DNA of 64,000 bases from Felis catus (taxonomy: Eukaryota), in the NCBI RefSeq assembly GCF_018350175.1, contig NC_058368.1, positions 122,266,001 through 122,330,000 on the forward strand, given 5' to 3'. The notes under the pieces were generated by a model that saw only the letters and a list, made by a program, of their open reading frames with translations, was not told the DNA's origin and searched no databases. This document shows positions 49,566 to 63,425 of the stretch, piece by piece (position 1 is the stretch's first letter; each line of letters starts with the position of its first letter). The position numbers and the translations under genes are program-made.

Positions 49566-50114
49566 ATGGCACAGTCCTTTATATCATTAGTTATGATTCT
49601 GGGTGTAGAAACTTTACTGACCACCAAACACTGAAAGCAAGCAGACACACATACACAAATAAACACACAACATGCACAAACGCATACATACACACATACC
49701 CCGAGGCAGATTGAGATGAGCCTATGAAAGGGTACTCATATTGCTTCAGAGAATTTGAGCTTTAGAAGGAACCTTGCCTACATGTGAAATCAACTTCTTT
49801 CAGATTTGAAAAATCAAGGTACAGGCAATTACCAACTTTCTGTGAGTCACAGAGGAATCATGTGACCAATTCACTACCTGTGACAGTTCTGAGCATCACC
49901 CCTGGATAGGTTGCCTGGGGCTGTGAGCTCGGTTGATCAGAGCTCAATTAATTAGTATGAGAAATCAAGGCAGCCTAAGCTTTTGTCAGTTTTCTTGTCC
50001 AGGGCAGTCTTGGATTGGACCCAGTTTCTGTTCCACCAAGATCCGTGCTAAATGATGCCATCAATGGTGTAAAGAGAGTTTGGGCTATGCCATCTCTGTC
50101 CTAAAAGTGCCAAA

Positions 50115-50504
50115 CAGCAGGTGGAAACTCAAACGCCAAACTCAAATGTTTATGTGACAATCCGGCCAGGAGTGGGACACCCAGAGGAACAGACACTTGA
50201 TGTGCGTTCATGATCGGCTGTGGAAGCGGGGGATGGTGGACCCTGGAGGACACAGGCCTATGGGGGCGGTAGCTACTAGATTCCGCTGAAAGATGCCAAG
50301 GAGGAGTCTAGCCTAGTGCTATCGAATTGGCTGTGTGTTTTCCACGATAAGCCAGAAATCAGGATTATTATGTGAAAACTCCCAATTTTTAAATGGTGCC
50401 AATCAATTCAAATAAGAGCACTGTGTGGCTCATACACCATAGGGCAAACACATCACATCTGCAGGCTAAATATGGTCTTTGTGCCACTGGTTTGCAAACC
50501 TCTG
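50115..50504. mobile_element. hAT-Charlie element (MER102-like)
   Basis: aaactcaaatg...aagccagaaatcaggattattatgtgaaaactcccaatttttaaat...ggtttgcaaacctctg. Confidence 0.65.
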
Positions 50505-50869
50505 GCTTGACTATTTGGGCTGAAAGACACCTTGGAGAATACACAGTCCATCTTTACCATGTGGCCGATCAGGAAGCAAAGTTCCAAGGTGAGAAAGAAC
50601 TCACAACACAGTGTCTGCAGACTTAGGACTCAAAGGTGGCAATTCTAATTCTTATACCAGATTTCCTTTTACCTCCAAGCTACCTCTCTTGGTAATGGTT
50701 TGGTGATATGTCTGTCTAGATTTAATGAATGCTCTTTAGGGAAGGGTATCTGATTGCTAAAGTGGATGGCAGAGAGAATTAAGCTGAGACAGTGAGGAAG
50801 GAAAATTTGTTTCTCTTAAATTACAGACCTTGACAGCTTCCCTAAACCCCAGTGCCAAATGACATTCCA

Positions 50870-50883
50870 GTTGCTATGGTAAC
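50870..50883. promoter_or_regulatory. RFX X-box motif
   Basis: GTTGCTATGGTAAC is a near-palindromic match to the GTTNCCATGGNAAC X-box. It sits in unique DNA about 3 kb upstream of the distal promoter. Confidence 0.45.
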
Positions 50884-52657
50884 AGTGTCAATAAGCAACA
50901 TTCTCTACCAGGAGGCTGAAGCAGATACAGTGGCTATACATCTTGGAAGATGCTCATTCCTGTCTCCCTACAACTATGGCTCGGGAAGGTCCTGAGTCTC
51001 ATCTACTGAAAGGCCATGAGGTCAGCCCACCGAAGGCATACACCTGTCTTCTTCCTAGCATCATGTGTAATAGCTGATCTCTGAATATGATTAGACCTTG
51101 GAGATCATTTGGTCCAATTGCCTCATTTGAAAGCAGAGGACACTGAGGCACAGAGCAGGCACGGCCATGCAGTGAGATGACGGCACCTCGGGAGCCTGAT
51201 CCCAGAGCTTCTATGCCCAGCACAGGCTCTTCTCCTTGTACTGCCCCAGCAGGGCCCTTCAGAGTCGAGGCTGGCCTCTGTGCCACCTCATCTGTGCCAG
51301 CTCGGCTGTGTGAATACAATGAACAGAGGGTGTGACACGCAGCAAATAAAGCTCCTTATTGATTGGGAGGCCACTGGAAAGAGTTGTTTCCATGGACTTG
51401 GCATCAGCAATGTGCTCCTCTCTGCAGAGAGAGGGAGAGAGAGAGGTGATCCTTGCCCAGAGAAATTTCCTCTGAGAAGAATGTGTTTTGAAATTGGCTA
51501 TGCTATAGGGCTATAGATGTATATTCAACTACTTAGAAGGAGCCTATAATTATGCTATCCTCTCTGAGTGTGTTGTTATGATAGCAGGAGAACTTAAGGC
51601 AGGCACTCATGATGAATGGGTATGTTGATAAAATACCAGCCCAAACTTGGTGTGAAAATCTTTCTATTGAAGATGCCAGATTTCAAAAAGAGACACAGCT
51701 GCACCAGAGACAGTTACAAACAAGTGGATTCCATACTTGAAGTAATAAAAGAGAGACTTTCACTTTCTCACTCCCTCCCTTAACACCTTGTATATTGCTC
51801 GAATTTAACAATTCCTACTGTGTTTAATAAATACCGGTTACTTCTATGTCCCCAGCTTGACAGTGAGCTCATGAAAAATAGGAGCAAGCAGCAAAAATAA
51901 ATAGGTCAGACTTTTAAGTCAAACTTTTGCTTTCCTTTGCACCAAAGTGAATCAACCATTAGAGATATTATAGTAAAATCATCATTGACTTGATTCTGCT
52001 CTATTTAATTCACTGGCTGAATTCAAAAGACAGTGAAACAAACTGTTAACTGGCTAAACTCACTGTTTCAACAATCCATCTGATAGAAGAAAGATAAACT
52101 AACCTGAAGAAAGTGGCTACTTTGATTAATAGGAAAGTAGCAACAATAGAGACCTATGGAGGTGATTTGATACCTGAGTGAGGAAATCTTGGGCTGTCAG
52201 CGACACAGTGCAGCTACTCATTCTTTATTGCTTTCTTGATCCTGCAGTGTCAGAATTCATTTGCTGAATAAAGAAAAGGAGTTTTACACTCTCAAAGAAG
52301 TAATAATGCTGCAATATGCCTCACTGGAAGCCTTACTCTAACAAAACAAAGGAAATACAGGTGTCAAACATCATCAAGACTAATGTAAATATTTGTATGT
52401 TAGATACTGAGAAAATAAGAATACTGTTGTTAATTCTCACCCGGGGCATCCTATCTTGTCAACCTATTTGTGTCTTTATAGCTAAAGTGTGTTTCCTGTG
52501 GCCAGCATCTACTTCTGCGTTGTTTTTTTTTAATCCAATTTGAGAATCTCTGCCTTTCTATTGGAGTCTGTATAACATTAACAGTTATTGTGCTTACTGA
52601 CATAGGTTAAAATCTATTATCTTGTTTTCTATTTTTTTTCCTGAGTTTTGTTTTCTT

Positions 52658-52877
52658 CTTCTTTTTTTAATGTTCTATTTTATTTTTGAGAAAGATAAAG
52701 AGAAACAGAGTGTGAGCAGGGGAGGGGCAGAGAAAGAGGGAGACACAGTATCGAAAGCAGGCTCTAGGCTCCATTCTGTCAGCACAGAGCATGACGCAGG
52801 GCTCAAACTCACTAACTGTGAGATGGTGACCTGAGCTGAAGTCGGACACTTAACCAACTGAGCCACACGGGCACCTC
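52658..52877 (-). mobile_element. Can-SINE
   Basis: gacctgagctgaagtcggacacttaaccaactgagccac. TSD tgttttctt. Confidence 0.92.
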
Positions 52878-54378
52878 ATGTTTTCTTTCTCCACTTTTAC
52901 TGCCTTCTTTTGGTTTGCTGGATATTTTCATGATGTTATTTAATCTAATTAGTAATGAGCTACACTCCTTAGTTGTCTTATTTTAATGTTTGCTACAGAC
53001 TTCATAGTATACTTAAATTATCAGCTTGCCTTTTAGTGATTTTATACTACTTCATACATAGTACAAAACCTTAAATAGTATATTTCCGTTTCTCCTCTCC
53101 CATTTCCATGATATAATCTTCCACCATTTACTTTTATGTGTTACAATCCTCACACTTTTTAAATTATTTTGTTCAAATAGCCAATTACCTTTTAAAGTGA
53201 TTTCAAAAATAATAAAAAAGCTTTCACTTTTACCATAAAGTTACCACTTCTGGTGCCCTAAATATCTTTGGGTAAATCTGTATTTCCACCTGTATCATTT
53301 TCCTTCTGACTGAAAAATTCTTTTAATACTTCTTACAATGCATGTCTTCTGGATATAATTCTCTGAGCTTTTGTATGTCTGAAAATTTTTTTACAGCCTA
53401 TTTTCACTGGGTATAGAATTGTAAGTTGACAAAGTTTTGTCCTTCAGTACTTTAAAGATGAAGCTTCATTGTTTTCAAGATATCTGCTGTTAATTTTATT
53501 TTTTTCTTCTGTATACATCTCTTTTCTTCTGGCTGCTTTAAATTTTTCCTTTATCTCTGGTTGCGAGCAGTCTTTTATTTATTCCATGTTTCAACTTAAT
53601 TTTTGAATGCATGTAACAGAGTCATAATGACTGTTAAAGTCCTTGCCTGCTAATTCTAACATCTGTGTCAGTTCTGGATTTCAACTAATCCTTCTCCTCA
53701 TTATAGATTATATTCTCCTTCTCCTTTGCCTTCCTGGTAATTTTTTATTGGATGACAGACACTGTGAATTTTACCTTGTCATGTGTAATATATTTTTGTT
53801 TTCCTATAAATATGTTTTTAATCTTTCTCCTGGGAAGTAATTAAGTTGGAAACAGTGTGATCTTTTTAGGTCTTGATTTTAAGATTTCTTAGGCAGCACC
53901 TAATAGGCAGAGCTCACTTTAGTCTAAAGCCAATTATTCTCACTACTGAGGACACACCTTTATGAGTACTTCATAGCATGTGATTTTGACAGGTTTGATT
54001 TTGAATTATGAGGTTTCATTTCGGCAGATGGGAACAGGCGCTATTCCTAGCCCTGTATAGGCACTGGGTACTGTTCAATTTAACCCTCTTGGATGGCTCC
54101 TATAGTTTCTTCATATGTATACACTGATCAGCACTCTGCTGAGTACTTGATGTGGAGCCTCTCAACATTCCTGGAGTTCTCTTTCTGTGCATATCTCTTC
54201 TTTTCAGTTCCTTGTCCTGCAAACTATAGCTTCCTTGGTCTGACTCTCTGTTCTGCCTCTTCAATTCAGAGAATATTCTGGGATCTGCCTGAGTTCCTCT
54301 CCTCCGTGCCATAGCCTGGGAATTCCCTCAAGGCAGTAAGCTGGGGGCAATTGTGGGATGGAGATAGATATATATATA

Positions 54379-54384
54379 TGTGTG

Positions 54385-54428
<44 letters not shown>
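54379..54428. repeat. (TG)n microsatellite
   Basis: Near-perfect TG run preceded by (TA)n. Confidence 0.95.
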
Positions 54429-54432
<4 letters not shown>

Positions 54433-55339
54433 GTTTTGTTTTTCCTGAGAGACCACTGTCCTTCATTGTCTGATATCCAAAATGTCTCAAAAGTCATTGC
54501 TTCACCTATCTTATTCTAGGGTTTATTTGTCACAGTCCCTATTATTCCATCTTGGTCAGAAGCAGAAGTCCAATAAACTAAAGTAACATTCTTTAAAGTG
54601 CTTCTCTAGGTTCAAGGATCTACTTCAGTAGATCTTCACTGAGCACCAAACTGATATTTGGACCAGGTTTATCTGTTCTCTCCACTTTTTTTCTTTTAAC
54701 CATTGGATATTTTGTTCCATACAGTCACTCATTAGTGAGGAAAATCAAAAGGAACTGCACCAGGTTATGTTTATATTTCATAACTCTTTGCCCTTTCATC
54801 AGATGCTTTCAGAATTATTTTGCCAGCTAGAGTGCCCGTCCAATCAAAATACTCATTGGCCTTAGAAGGTTCCTGCCTTCCCCTGTGGCAGCCTATCATT
54901 CCTGTGACTTCAGTTATGTCTATATTGCATATCACTCTCTCATGTTTTCCGAAAAAGGCAGAAAACCCAACTGCCAATGAAACCAACTCTTCTAAGCCAA
55001 AAGTCACTATTTTATTATTTATAATGAACGGCACTCTAAGAGATTCTTTCAAAAATTCTTACAGAATTCCATAGAAATTTAAGTCACCATACAAGACTAT
55101 TTCTAGAGACAGGAGTATTTTGATTCTCATCCTATCACACTACGCAGGGGAGAAGAATCTTTACTTATATGAAACTAACTTTAAAATTATGTGCACAATC
55201 AAAACCATTTATGATATAGCTCTGGTTTCCAATAGGATTATTGTTTCTATACCAAAACTCACTTCCAGTAGTAGACTCTATCTCCTCAGATAGTTTATCA
55301 TTCTCTCTTCCATTTTTTTTTTTTATCTTTACTTTGTAC

Positions 55340-55810
55340 TTATGGCAAAGTGGTGTGCCAGGGACACCTGGTTGCTTATGTCATATCCATCTATTCCTTC
55401 TAGGTATTGACAGATTCCCTGTTTCAACAACAAAAGCAAACAAAAACACATATAACCTCAGACTCCCTTGCAACTAGACTTGTCCATATGACTCTTATCT
55501 GCTTCTCCTAGGAGTACGTGGAAACGTGTATGAATCCATAATACACCTGCTGCTTTTCTCCCATTTACCACTGCTCCACCTTTTCCTTTCTAAAGTCATG
55601 TGTGATGACTGGAGCTATTGCAGACTTCTGGCATTCAAAAGACAAGATCACAGAGACCTTGACCCTGGTCTTCAAGCCACTGAACCGGCATAGCAGTTGT
55701 CAGTCTCTGACTTTTCACAGCAGAAACAAACAAACCAAACCAAACCAAACAAAACTTGATTTGTGAGGGATACTCTTTCTTCAGTTACAGCTGAATCCAA
55801 TCCTCCATAT
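55340..55810 (+). mobile_element. Old ERVL/MaLR-type LTR remnant (LTR33-like)
   Basis: cagactcccttgcaactag...tgtgatgactggagctattgcag...gttacagctgaatccaatcct. Confidence 0.5.
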
Positions 55811-58719
55811 ACAAATGGGAAAGAGGATGTTACCGCTGCATAATTACACAATTTCTATTTCTGCCACAATAAAAAGCATTCATTTTTAGATTTTAAGAGG
55901 TAAATCAGTTCAGAACAATCCATTTTACTCATCTTCTAGCTCACCACTTTCAACCATTAGCCAAAATGTCAAGCATGAAAGCACTGATAGCACTGTGTTA
56001 CAATTCTTTATTTACACCTCTGTTTATAGACTCTGAATTCTTCAAGGGCAATACCTGTGCTTTATTTATGCTTTCACCTTTAGAACTTAAAACACCTCTT
56101 GGTGCCTATTAAAAGATTAGGAAGTGATTATTTAATTGGATTAGAATAGAGGCAGAAGCAGCCCTTTACTCCCATAGAGGAAGTTGTTCCCACAGGATCT
56201 AAACCAGTGTTCAGACACATGATATGATAAGCAGAAGGGAGCCGGAATATAGGGCTAGTACTTTGTCATTGAACCAGTGTCACACCCCCTAGAACACAGG
56301 GAAACTCATGTGGCCCTACAAGGATGAAAGTGTCTTCTAGCATCCTGAGGAAAAATATCTTGCAAAAAAGAAGACTTGATAGATGCTTTAGCAAATACTC
56401 CTCCATTCCCAGCATTTTCTGTCTATAATTACATTTCCCAAAAGAGGGCAACATATTAAAAAAGAGCTGTCATATTTACTGCACTGCTTCCCTTAAACTG
56501 GATGGTGAATTACAAAGCACAAGTGGCAAAGAGCCAAACAATCCTTGCTCATTTAATCTTGTTTTCTCCTGTGCCAGTTATTGACCAATCAATTGCCTTG
56601 GATCTGGCAGGAGTGGTTTTCTCTGAGGGTCTGAGACCAACAGCAACCAGGAGCAGCTCAAACTGGATTTCTTCTCAGCCCTGTACATAAAGGTTAGACA
56701 AATTTTCAAGGCAGGAGACTCCTGAGCCTTGACTCATTGACAAATGAAACCGCCTGGGTATGAGATCATACTTCTGCTTCAAGGCTTGCAAGACCATCTT
56801 TGGGCTAGTATTGCTGTGATGGAAAGAGCAAATAGAGTGTTGCCCAAAGGGAGTAGGCAGTTTTGACATTGAAAATTATTTTGTAATTTTATATACTGGA
56901 CACCATTCTCTTCAAATCCACATGGCTGCAATGCTAAGAAAGATCACTCATCGAGTAGAGCCTTGAGTATTTTGAATAGATTAGGAAAAGCAGAATTGAA
57001 AAGCCCAGTTTCCCTACAAGTTGGGGGAGGGGGTGGATGGATTTACAATGAAGATTTTTAAATGAAGGTTGAATTTGCAACCATTCATCTCAAAAGGCAT
57101 GCCTAGACCACCTGATAAATAATACATTTGTATTATGCTTATGAAACATGCAGATGGAGTCCAATTTGCAAATAAATGCCTTGAGGAATTTTTCAAAACT
57201 TCACAGGTAACCAAATCCTAGGATTCTCTATATCCATATTTGTGACGTTTTTATTTTATTTTGTGACAGTTGCCATAAATTCAATTAATCTCTATGGCAA
57301 ATGAAATTTTGGTGTTTTTTTTTTTTTTTTCTTGCTGAAGGAACAAAATGATCAAAAAGTTGGGAAGATGGGAGGCAACAAGCACATTTGCTAACAGGGA
57401 AATCAAACAGCATCACATCAAAATGGGAAGCAAGGACATCTGGGCAGCCTTACCTACTAACCTTGTCCACCACCACCTCTCACCCCTCCCCTCCCCCGCC
57501 CCGCTTTCAGGACATTCTTTCCTTGCTATGGAAAAAAGCAGATGCAATTAGAAACTGCTAAGCTAATAGCTAAAATAATGCTCTGACAGCAACAGAAACA
57601 GAAAGCGAAAACTCGGAATTTGCGGGCATGGAAAATACTGCAAGGGAAGGACAGTTGAATGTGTTCCAGGATCCTAGGGCAGCCCCTGGCAGCTGCCCAG
57701 AGCACAGCAGGTAAGCATGCCCAATATCGGCTTCTTGTACCAAAGTGACAATTCTGCCTGATGTATATACCCATTGAGGCATATACATGTAGCAGGAACA
57801 TGCATACAGAAATGGAAAAACATGACCGCTGAATTCCCTTTACACATGACACATGTTCTCTAGTCCGCAGTGACTACTGTGGGGCTCTGCTTTGTGACTG
57901 GCCCAACAGAAGCACAGCTCACATAGTCCCTACTATAGCCCCATGGGTTAAGTGATTACACGTCAAGAAATTAAAGCAAGGAGAGGTGAAAGGCTTGCCA
58001 AGGTCAAATGGCCAAGTGTGGCAAAGCTACAATCAGAAATCAGGTCTGATAAGCCTGAACTCAGGCTTCCCACCTCACGTCTTCTCCAGTAGATGCCTAT
58101 GTTGTGTGAAAAGCAGATGGTATTCCTACAACCCAAACTCTGTCCAACATGTGTGACAGAGCATGCTGGTTAAAAGGCATCTCAGTGTTCCTTTGGTAAA
58201 TAAAGCATTCATTAGTAATGGCAAAATAGTAAATTCTGATTTTTCTTAAAACTAGACACATGCCAAGGACAAAAGGTGGCAGAGGGGCATAAGAAAGGAA
58301 ACACCTGCAATTCTCTTTTTGATGACCTAAATTTTTCCCCTCTCATGCTTGTTCTTCCAGGTCCCACTGCTCCTGTGCAAGGAAAGACCTTTTCTCTCAC
58401 TGGAGCCCAGGCTGCTGGAAAGTGTCTCCTGAAACAACAGGACACAGGGATAGCCCCACAACAACATAGCTCACCTGCTGAAACAACCCCACTGAACTAG
58501 ATTCTGGAGCATAGACAGGGAGAGGAGCTGCTAAGGGAGATGTCACTGTGCAGGGAACACTCTACTTTCTGTCTCCTACATGCTGGTGCCAAAGAAGATG
58601 TGTGAGTCATAAATCAGAGGAAGGACGATTACAATGGCAGGAAAGATGAAGTGAGCAGAATGTTATTGGAATTGGGCCATTTCTCCAAGCTCTAGGGCTG
58701 ACGTGATGCTATTTGTTGC

Positions 58720-59530
58720 ATCATTTATTCACCTAATAAAGTGTTCAACAAATATTTATTGAGGGCCACCTATGTTCAAGGCTGTAGCTTTTCTCATGAA
58801 ACTGATATTCTAGGAGATGGAAAGTTATGCAAATAAATAAATAAATAAATAAATAAATAGATAGGTTGGGATAAGTTCTGCAAAACAGAAAGACACTGCT
58901 TAAGGAGGACAAAATCTACTAGTTTGTATAGTTCATATACAAACTAGTTATATAAGGTCAGGTGAGTCCCCTCAAACAAAGTGACATTTGAGCAAAGACC
59001 AAGAGAAGTGAGATGGACAGCTAGGAAAGGTCATTCCAGGGAGAGGGAACAGCCTATGCAAAATCCTTAAGACTGGTAAGTGCCTGGTATGTTGGGGAAA
59101 CATTAAGGAAACACTGTATGACCACAGAGGGAGCAGCAGGCAGCAAGGACAGAGAGGCCATGCTGGCGGGCAGATCACATGGGGCTGAAATACTCAGGAC
59201 ATTGAAAGGACTTTTGCCATGTAACTCTTTATAAATGAAACTCACTGGAGAGTTTTAAGCTAAAAAGTCACTTTGGCTGTATACAAAACAAGAGTGAAAA
59301 CAGAAACACAGCCAGTTAGGAGGCTAGAGCAATAATCCACAGAGAAATAGACCCGAATGGGAACAGTGAAGGTTGTGAGGAGTGTTGCATGTGGAGTATG
59401 TAATAAAGATAGTGACAAAGAGGGACACTAAGATATCTTTGGCCCAAGTGACTGGAAAAATGGAGTTATCACTAACTGAGAATGGGAGGAGGAGAATGGG
59501 AGGTGTTTTGTATAGGTTAGGCTTTCATGC
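58720..59530 (-). mobile_element. L2 remnant with internal (AAAT)n
   Basis: ttcaacaaatatttattgagggccacctatg...gtgacatttgagcaaagacc...cattccagggagagggaacagc...gttaggaggctagagcaataatcca. Confidence 0.8.
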
Positions 59531-60405
59531 CTACCAGGTATTAAAATAGGCATTAGACACCATCACCTGCCACTGCTGTGACTCCTTGCTCCATGATAAA
59601 GCTATATGATTTAATAGGATGCATGAATTTTATTGACAGCCATCTTTCCTGTTATATTGTGGTCCGTTGAGAGCAGTGATAGGTTTTTTTGTTGTTGTTT
59701 TTTTTTTATCTCCACTGTGTTCCTAGCACCAAGCACAGTGCCAGACTAGTAGCCTGCACTTGGTAACTCACAAATAGGTGAATGGATGAAAGTGTGAGGC
59801 AGTGAGTCCTCCCAACACCTCCAAAGGGTAGGTTCTGGGCCAATGGAAACTTCTAGTCAGGGAACCAAAGAACTGCACCAGCGGAAGGACCCATGCAGAT
59901 ACGATTGTAGTGGTACTTTCTCTTTCCCATTGGTTCAAATCGTACCTTCACTTCATTTTAAGGTTATAAGATGCTGATTTTTTTTTTACTATTACAGAAT
60001 TTAGGAGAATACAAAAAGATCTATTTCCAAAATAAAATACCACAGAATTCTTTCCTTGATTTTAAATGGCACCATGGCTGCCTAACTCAAGTTTTCTAAC
60101 ACATCAACTTGAAAATTCATTGTGGGGTTCCTCCATAGTCTCACCCAACCCACCAGAACATTCCAGCCATACATTTTTGTGCCTCTGACATTACACCCTG
60201 GAACACTCATCCACGTGCTAGCTTTCCCTTCAGTCAGGGCAGGCTGTGGCCTGTATTTTAGTTCCAGAAGGGTCCTGCAACAACACATTCTCCAAGAAAA
60301 GCTGATCTTCATGTGTAGAAAGCCACCATTAAGAGGCATTTCTTTGTACTGACTTTCCCTTTTCAAAAACACTTTAACAAGATGGGTTAAGAAATGAAGC
60401 CATTA

Positions 60406-60630
60406 GGAGTGCCTGGGTGGCTCAGTCTGTTAAGCATCCAACTCTTGATTTCTGCTGAGGTCACGGTCTCATGGTTTGAGAGACTGAGCCCCACATTGGG
60501 CTCCATTCTGACAGCATGGAGCCTGCTTGGGATTCTCTCTCTCCCTCTCTCTCTGCCCCTCCCCAATCCTCATGCATGCATTCTCTCTCTCTCTCTCTCT
60601 CAAAATAAATAAACTTAAAAAAAATAAACA
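60406..60630 (+). mobile_element. Can-SINE
   Basis: GGAGTGCCTGGGTGGCTCAGTC head, CT tract and A tail. TSD aagcc(a/g)tta. Confidence 0.93.
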
Positions 60631-61469
60631 AAGCCGTTATTTCCTAGTCACGTGTTATCAAACTAGAATGATCTCTATGTGAATCAATGGACCTAGAAGG
60701 AGATGGTTCACTAAGGGCATCTAAGACTGAACTTGGTGGGGGGCAGGGGGTGTCCTGGGGTAGCAGAAGAGCAATGAAGACAGACTCACCAGTTCCCTGG
60801 GGTGGCAGTTAGGGGGACATAAGGTCCAGGTATTCAGAGGTCAACAGTTTCAGTGCCAGTATTTTTAAAACCCTCCGTCCCATTACACAAGGGCAAGGGT
60901 AATAGAGTTAAAATCTTATCTGTGCTAGATATATTGGGTGACCTTTATCTGAGAAAAACTGTTCTACAGTCAGATAACTTGGGGGCATCCTTCTTACCAC
61001 GTCCCTGCCTTGGATATTTACAATGGGCATCATTAGTGGTTTAGAAGCTGAAAGAAGTCTTACGTTTTAGAAATCTGTTTAACCTTGTTTCATATAGCAT
61101 TTTTACAAACCTATATTTATTTATTTGGAATATAGCTTATAAGAGACGGAGTGAATTCATGAATTTGCCTTATCTGGAAGTTAACAGTATGAAAGAAAGG
61201 AGACTGCCCAACATTGCACAGCACGGTCTTTCACCAGGTTCGAGAGAACCAAGTTCAAATCCTCCACTAAACTATTTACTGGCTTTGTGGTACAGTGAGT
61301 TGCTTAACCTCTCTGTGCCTCTGTAAACTGAGGATCTAATTCATTTTTACTTCTAAAACATGTAAAATGACACAGAATGAATAGTAATGAGGCTTCTATA
61401 ACCTGGGCTCAACTTCGCCCTCTTCAAGAGTCTGCTTTCACCTCTGGTGAGCACTCTGGTTTAACAGTG

Positions 61470-61680
61470 GCCAGGAGCAGTGACTAACAGGAAGAGCTCT
61501 GGAGGAAGACAGGTTTAGTTCAAATCCTAGCTCTGCTATTTACAGCTGTGTGGTCTTGGGTAAGTTACCTGACCTCGCTAGGCCTCAGTTTCTTTATCTA
61601 TGAAACCCAGCTATTGGGAAGATAAAAATAATAAAGCCCATAACAGTGTCCAGCCAAGGACAGTACAGAGTAAATGGCAC
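61470..61680 (+). mobile_element. MIR SINE
   Basis: gttcaaatcctagctctgctatttacagctgtgtggtcttgggtaagttacctgacctc...cctcagtttc. Confidence 0.8.
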
Positions 61681-63425
61681 AGCAAAAAGCTGTTACGAGT
61701 GCTCTGGTTTTGATTTCCTGTCCCCATGCTCTTTATCTCGTGGGTTGGCTGGGCTACGACCTGCCTCCTTAATCCCTAAGCACTCGTGATCCTGGTACTG
61801 ACACTCCCTACAATAGGGTCTCCCAAATCACTCCCCAACCCCCATTCCTAAACTGTAGCTTCCCCCCTGGGGCGAGCAGGGCTTGTAATTTACTGCCAGA
61901 TCCCTGGCCCAGCTGCAGGGAAGGAGGACAGACAATGATCTCTCTGCCCACAGCCTCCCACGCATTACTTTTCCCTGCATGTCTGACGTTTGACTTCTAA
62001 CTCCCCTCCGGCTGTGATTACTCAGGCAAAGTGAAGTGGACAGATGGAACAATTATTTGGAAAGCTCAGCCGTTGGAAAACAAAACAAAAAGAAAAAGAA
62101 AACCCTACACCAAACCATGCAATTGAGGGGAAAGAGTTTATTGGTTTAAATTATTCTTATTGCCTGCTGGCATCGATTGCATTTTCCAGGTGATTGCTCA
62201 GCGCTCCCATTAGCGTGTCCACGTAGAGAAATGATATCTTCTTAGATATTGGCACCGTGCGCAGCCCTCTCCGGAAGCAAGAGCTGTGTGTGGGCAAGGC
62301 TTGTCTATACAGCAAATTTTTGTCAGGTGACTCCAGTCAACTCATTAGCTTTCACAATAAGCACAAGGCATGTTGCCAGAGAGGGGAGAAAAGGGTCTTT
62401 GTGTGTAATAAGAAATACCACGTGAGAATAAAGTAAACTTTAAAAATCTTAAATTTGAAAACTTTCTGAGAAAACCATAATTCACGTTTTGTAAGTATGG
62501 GCCCAACGGCTCATGGGCTCAATTTCTGGCTCTGCTATACCTTTGAGGTGCCACCTAGTATAGATTACTTAAGTCACGAGGCCTCTGTTTCCTAGTCTCC
62601 CCATGGGAGAGAACAGTACTTACTCATAGAGTGATTAGAAGAAAGAGTGATGTATATACATCACTCTTAGCCTCGTGTCTCCACACAGCAAATTCCCAAT
62701 AAACAGTGGCTGTGATTAATGAATGATGAACACAGAGACTTACGTTTTGAGTTACAAAAGCTAAAGACACAAAGCCTAGCCCTCCAGATGATGGCAGCTC
62801 AAGCTTCATACTCTATGGGTTCTGAGCTCTTACTTGTCTGGTTCAATTCATAGACTCCTCCAGCGTTAACCTTTGGTGCACATTTCTGTTCACTTGAGAG
62901 GTACCTGTATACCTGTATATACCTGTACATACCTACATACAGGAGACTTTCATGTAGTGTTTGGAGTCAATTATTCCCAAATACAATGGGAAAGTGGTTC
63001 AATCGTAGCCCAACAGGGAGTGTAGATTGGCTGGGGAAGCTACAGGCCCTAATTAGACTTTTGAGGTGGAAAGAGCCCTCTTGGCAAGAGAGCAGGGTGC
63101 CTGCTTTGGCCCTCCCTGGACACCATCCTGCCTCAACTCTGGGAAATGTGCTACATAATATAAGGTCATATACATAGTGCTTCAGATTTTCTGCTATTCT
63201 AGAATAGAAATCAAAGGCAAGCTTGGATAGCTTTAAGCCTAAATTTTTCTCATCTGTGTAAAAGGGTCAGCCAAAGAGGTCCAAGAACTTTCCTGAAAAA
63301 TGATAAACAACTTTACTACATACTGAGTGCTTAATAGATCAGGCACCATTCTGGATGTTTTACAGGAATTGTCTTATTTAATTTTCTTATTTAATTCCTT
63401 CAACCATCTTCCTAGAGCAGAATCA

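Larger units (their letters stand above)
52440..54570 (-). mobile_element. Old L1 remnant (5' region to start of ORF2)
   Basis: tttaatccaatttgagaatctctgccttt and gtgtttcctgtggccagcat are the reverse complement of the ORF2 endonuclease start. T-rich L1M-type sequence follows. Heavily decayed. Confidence 0.7.
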
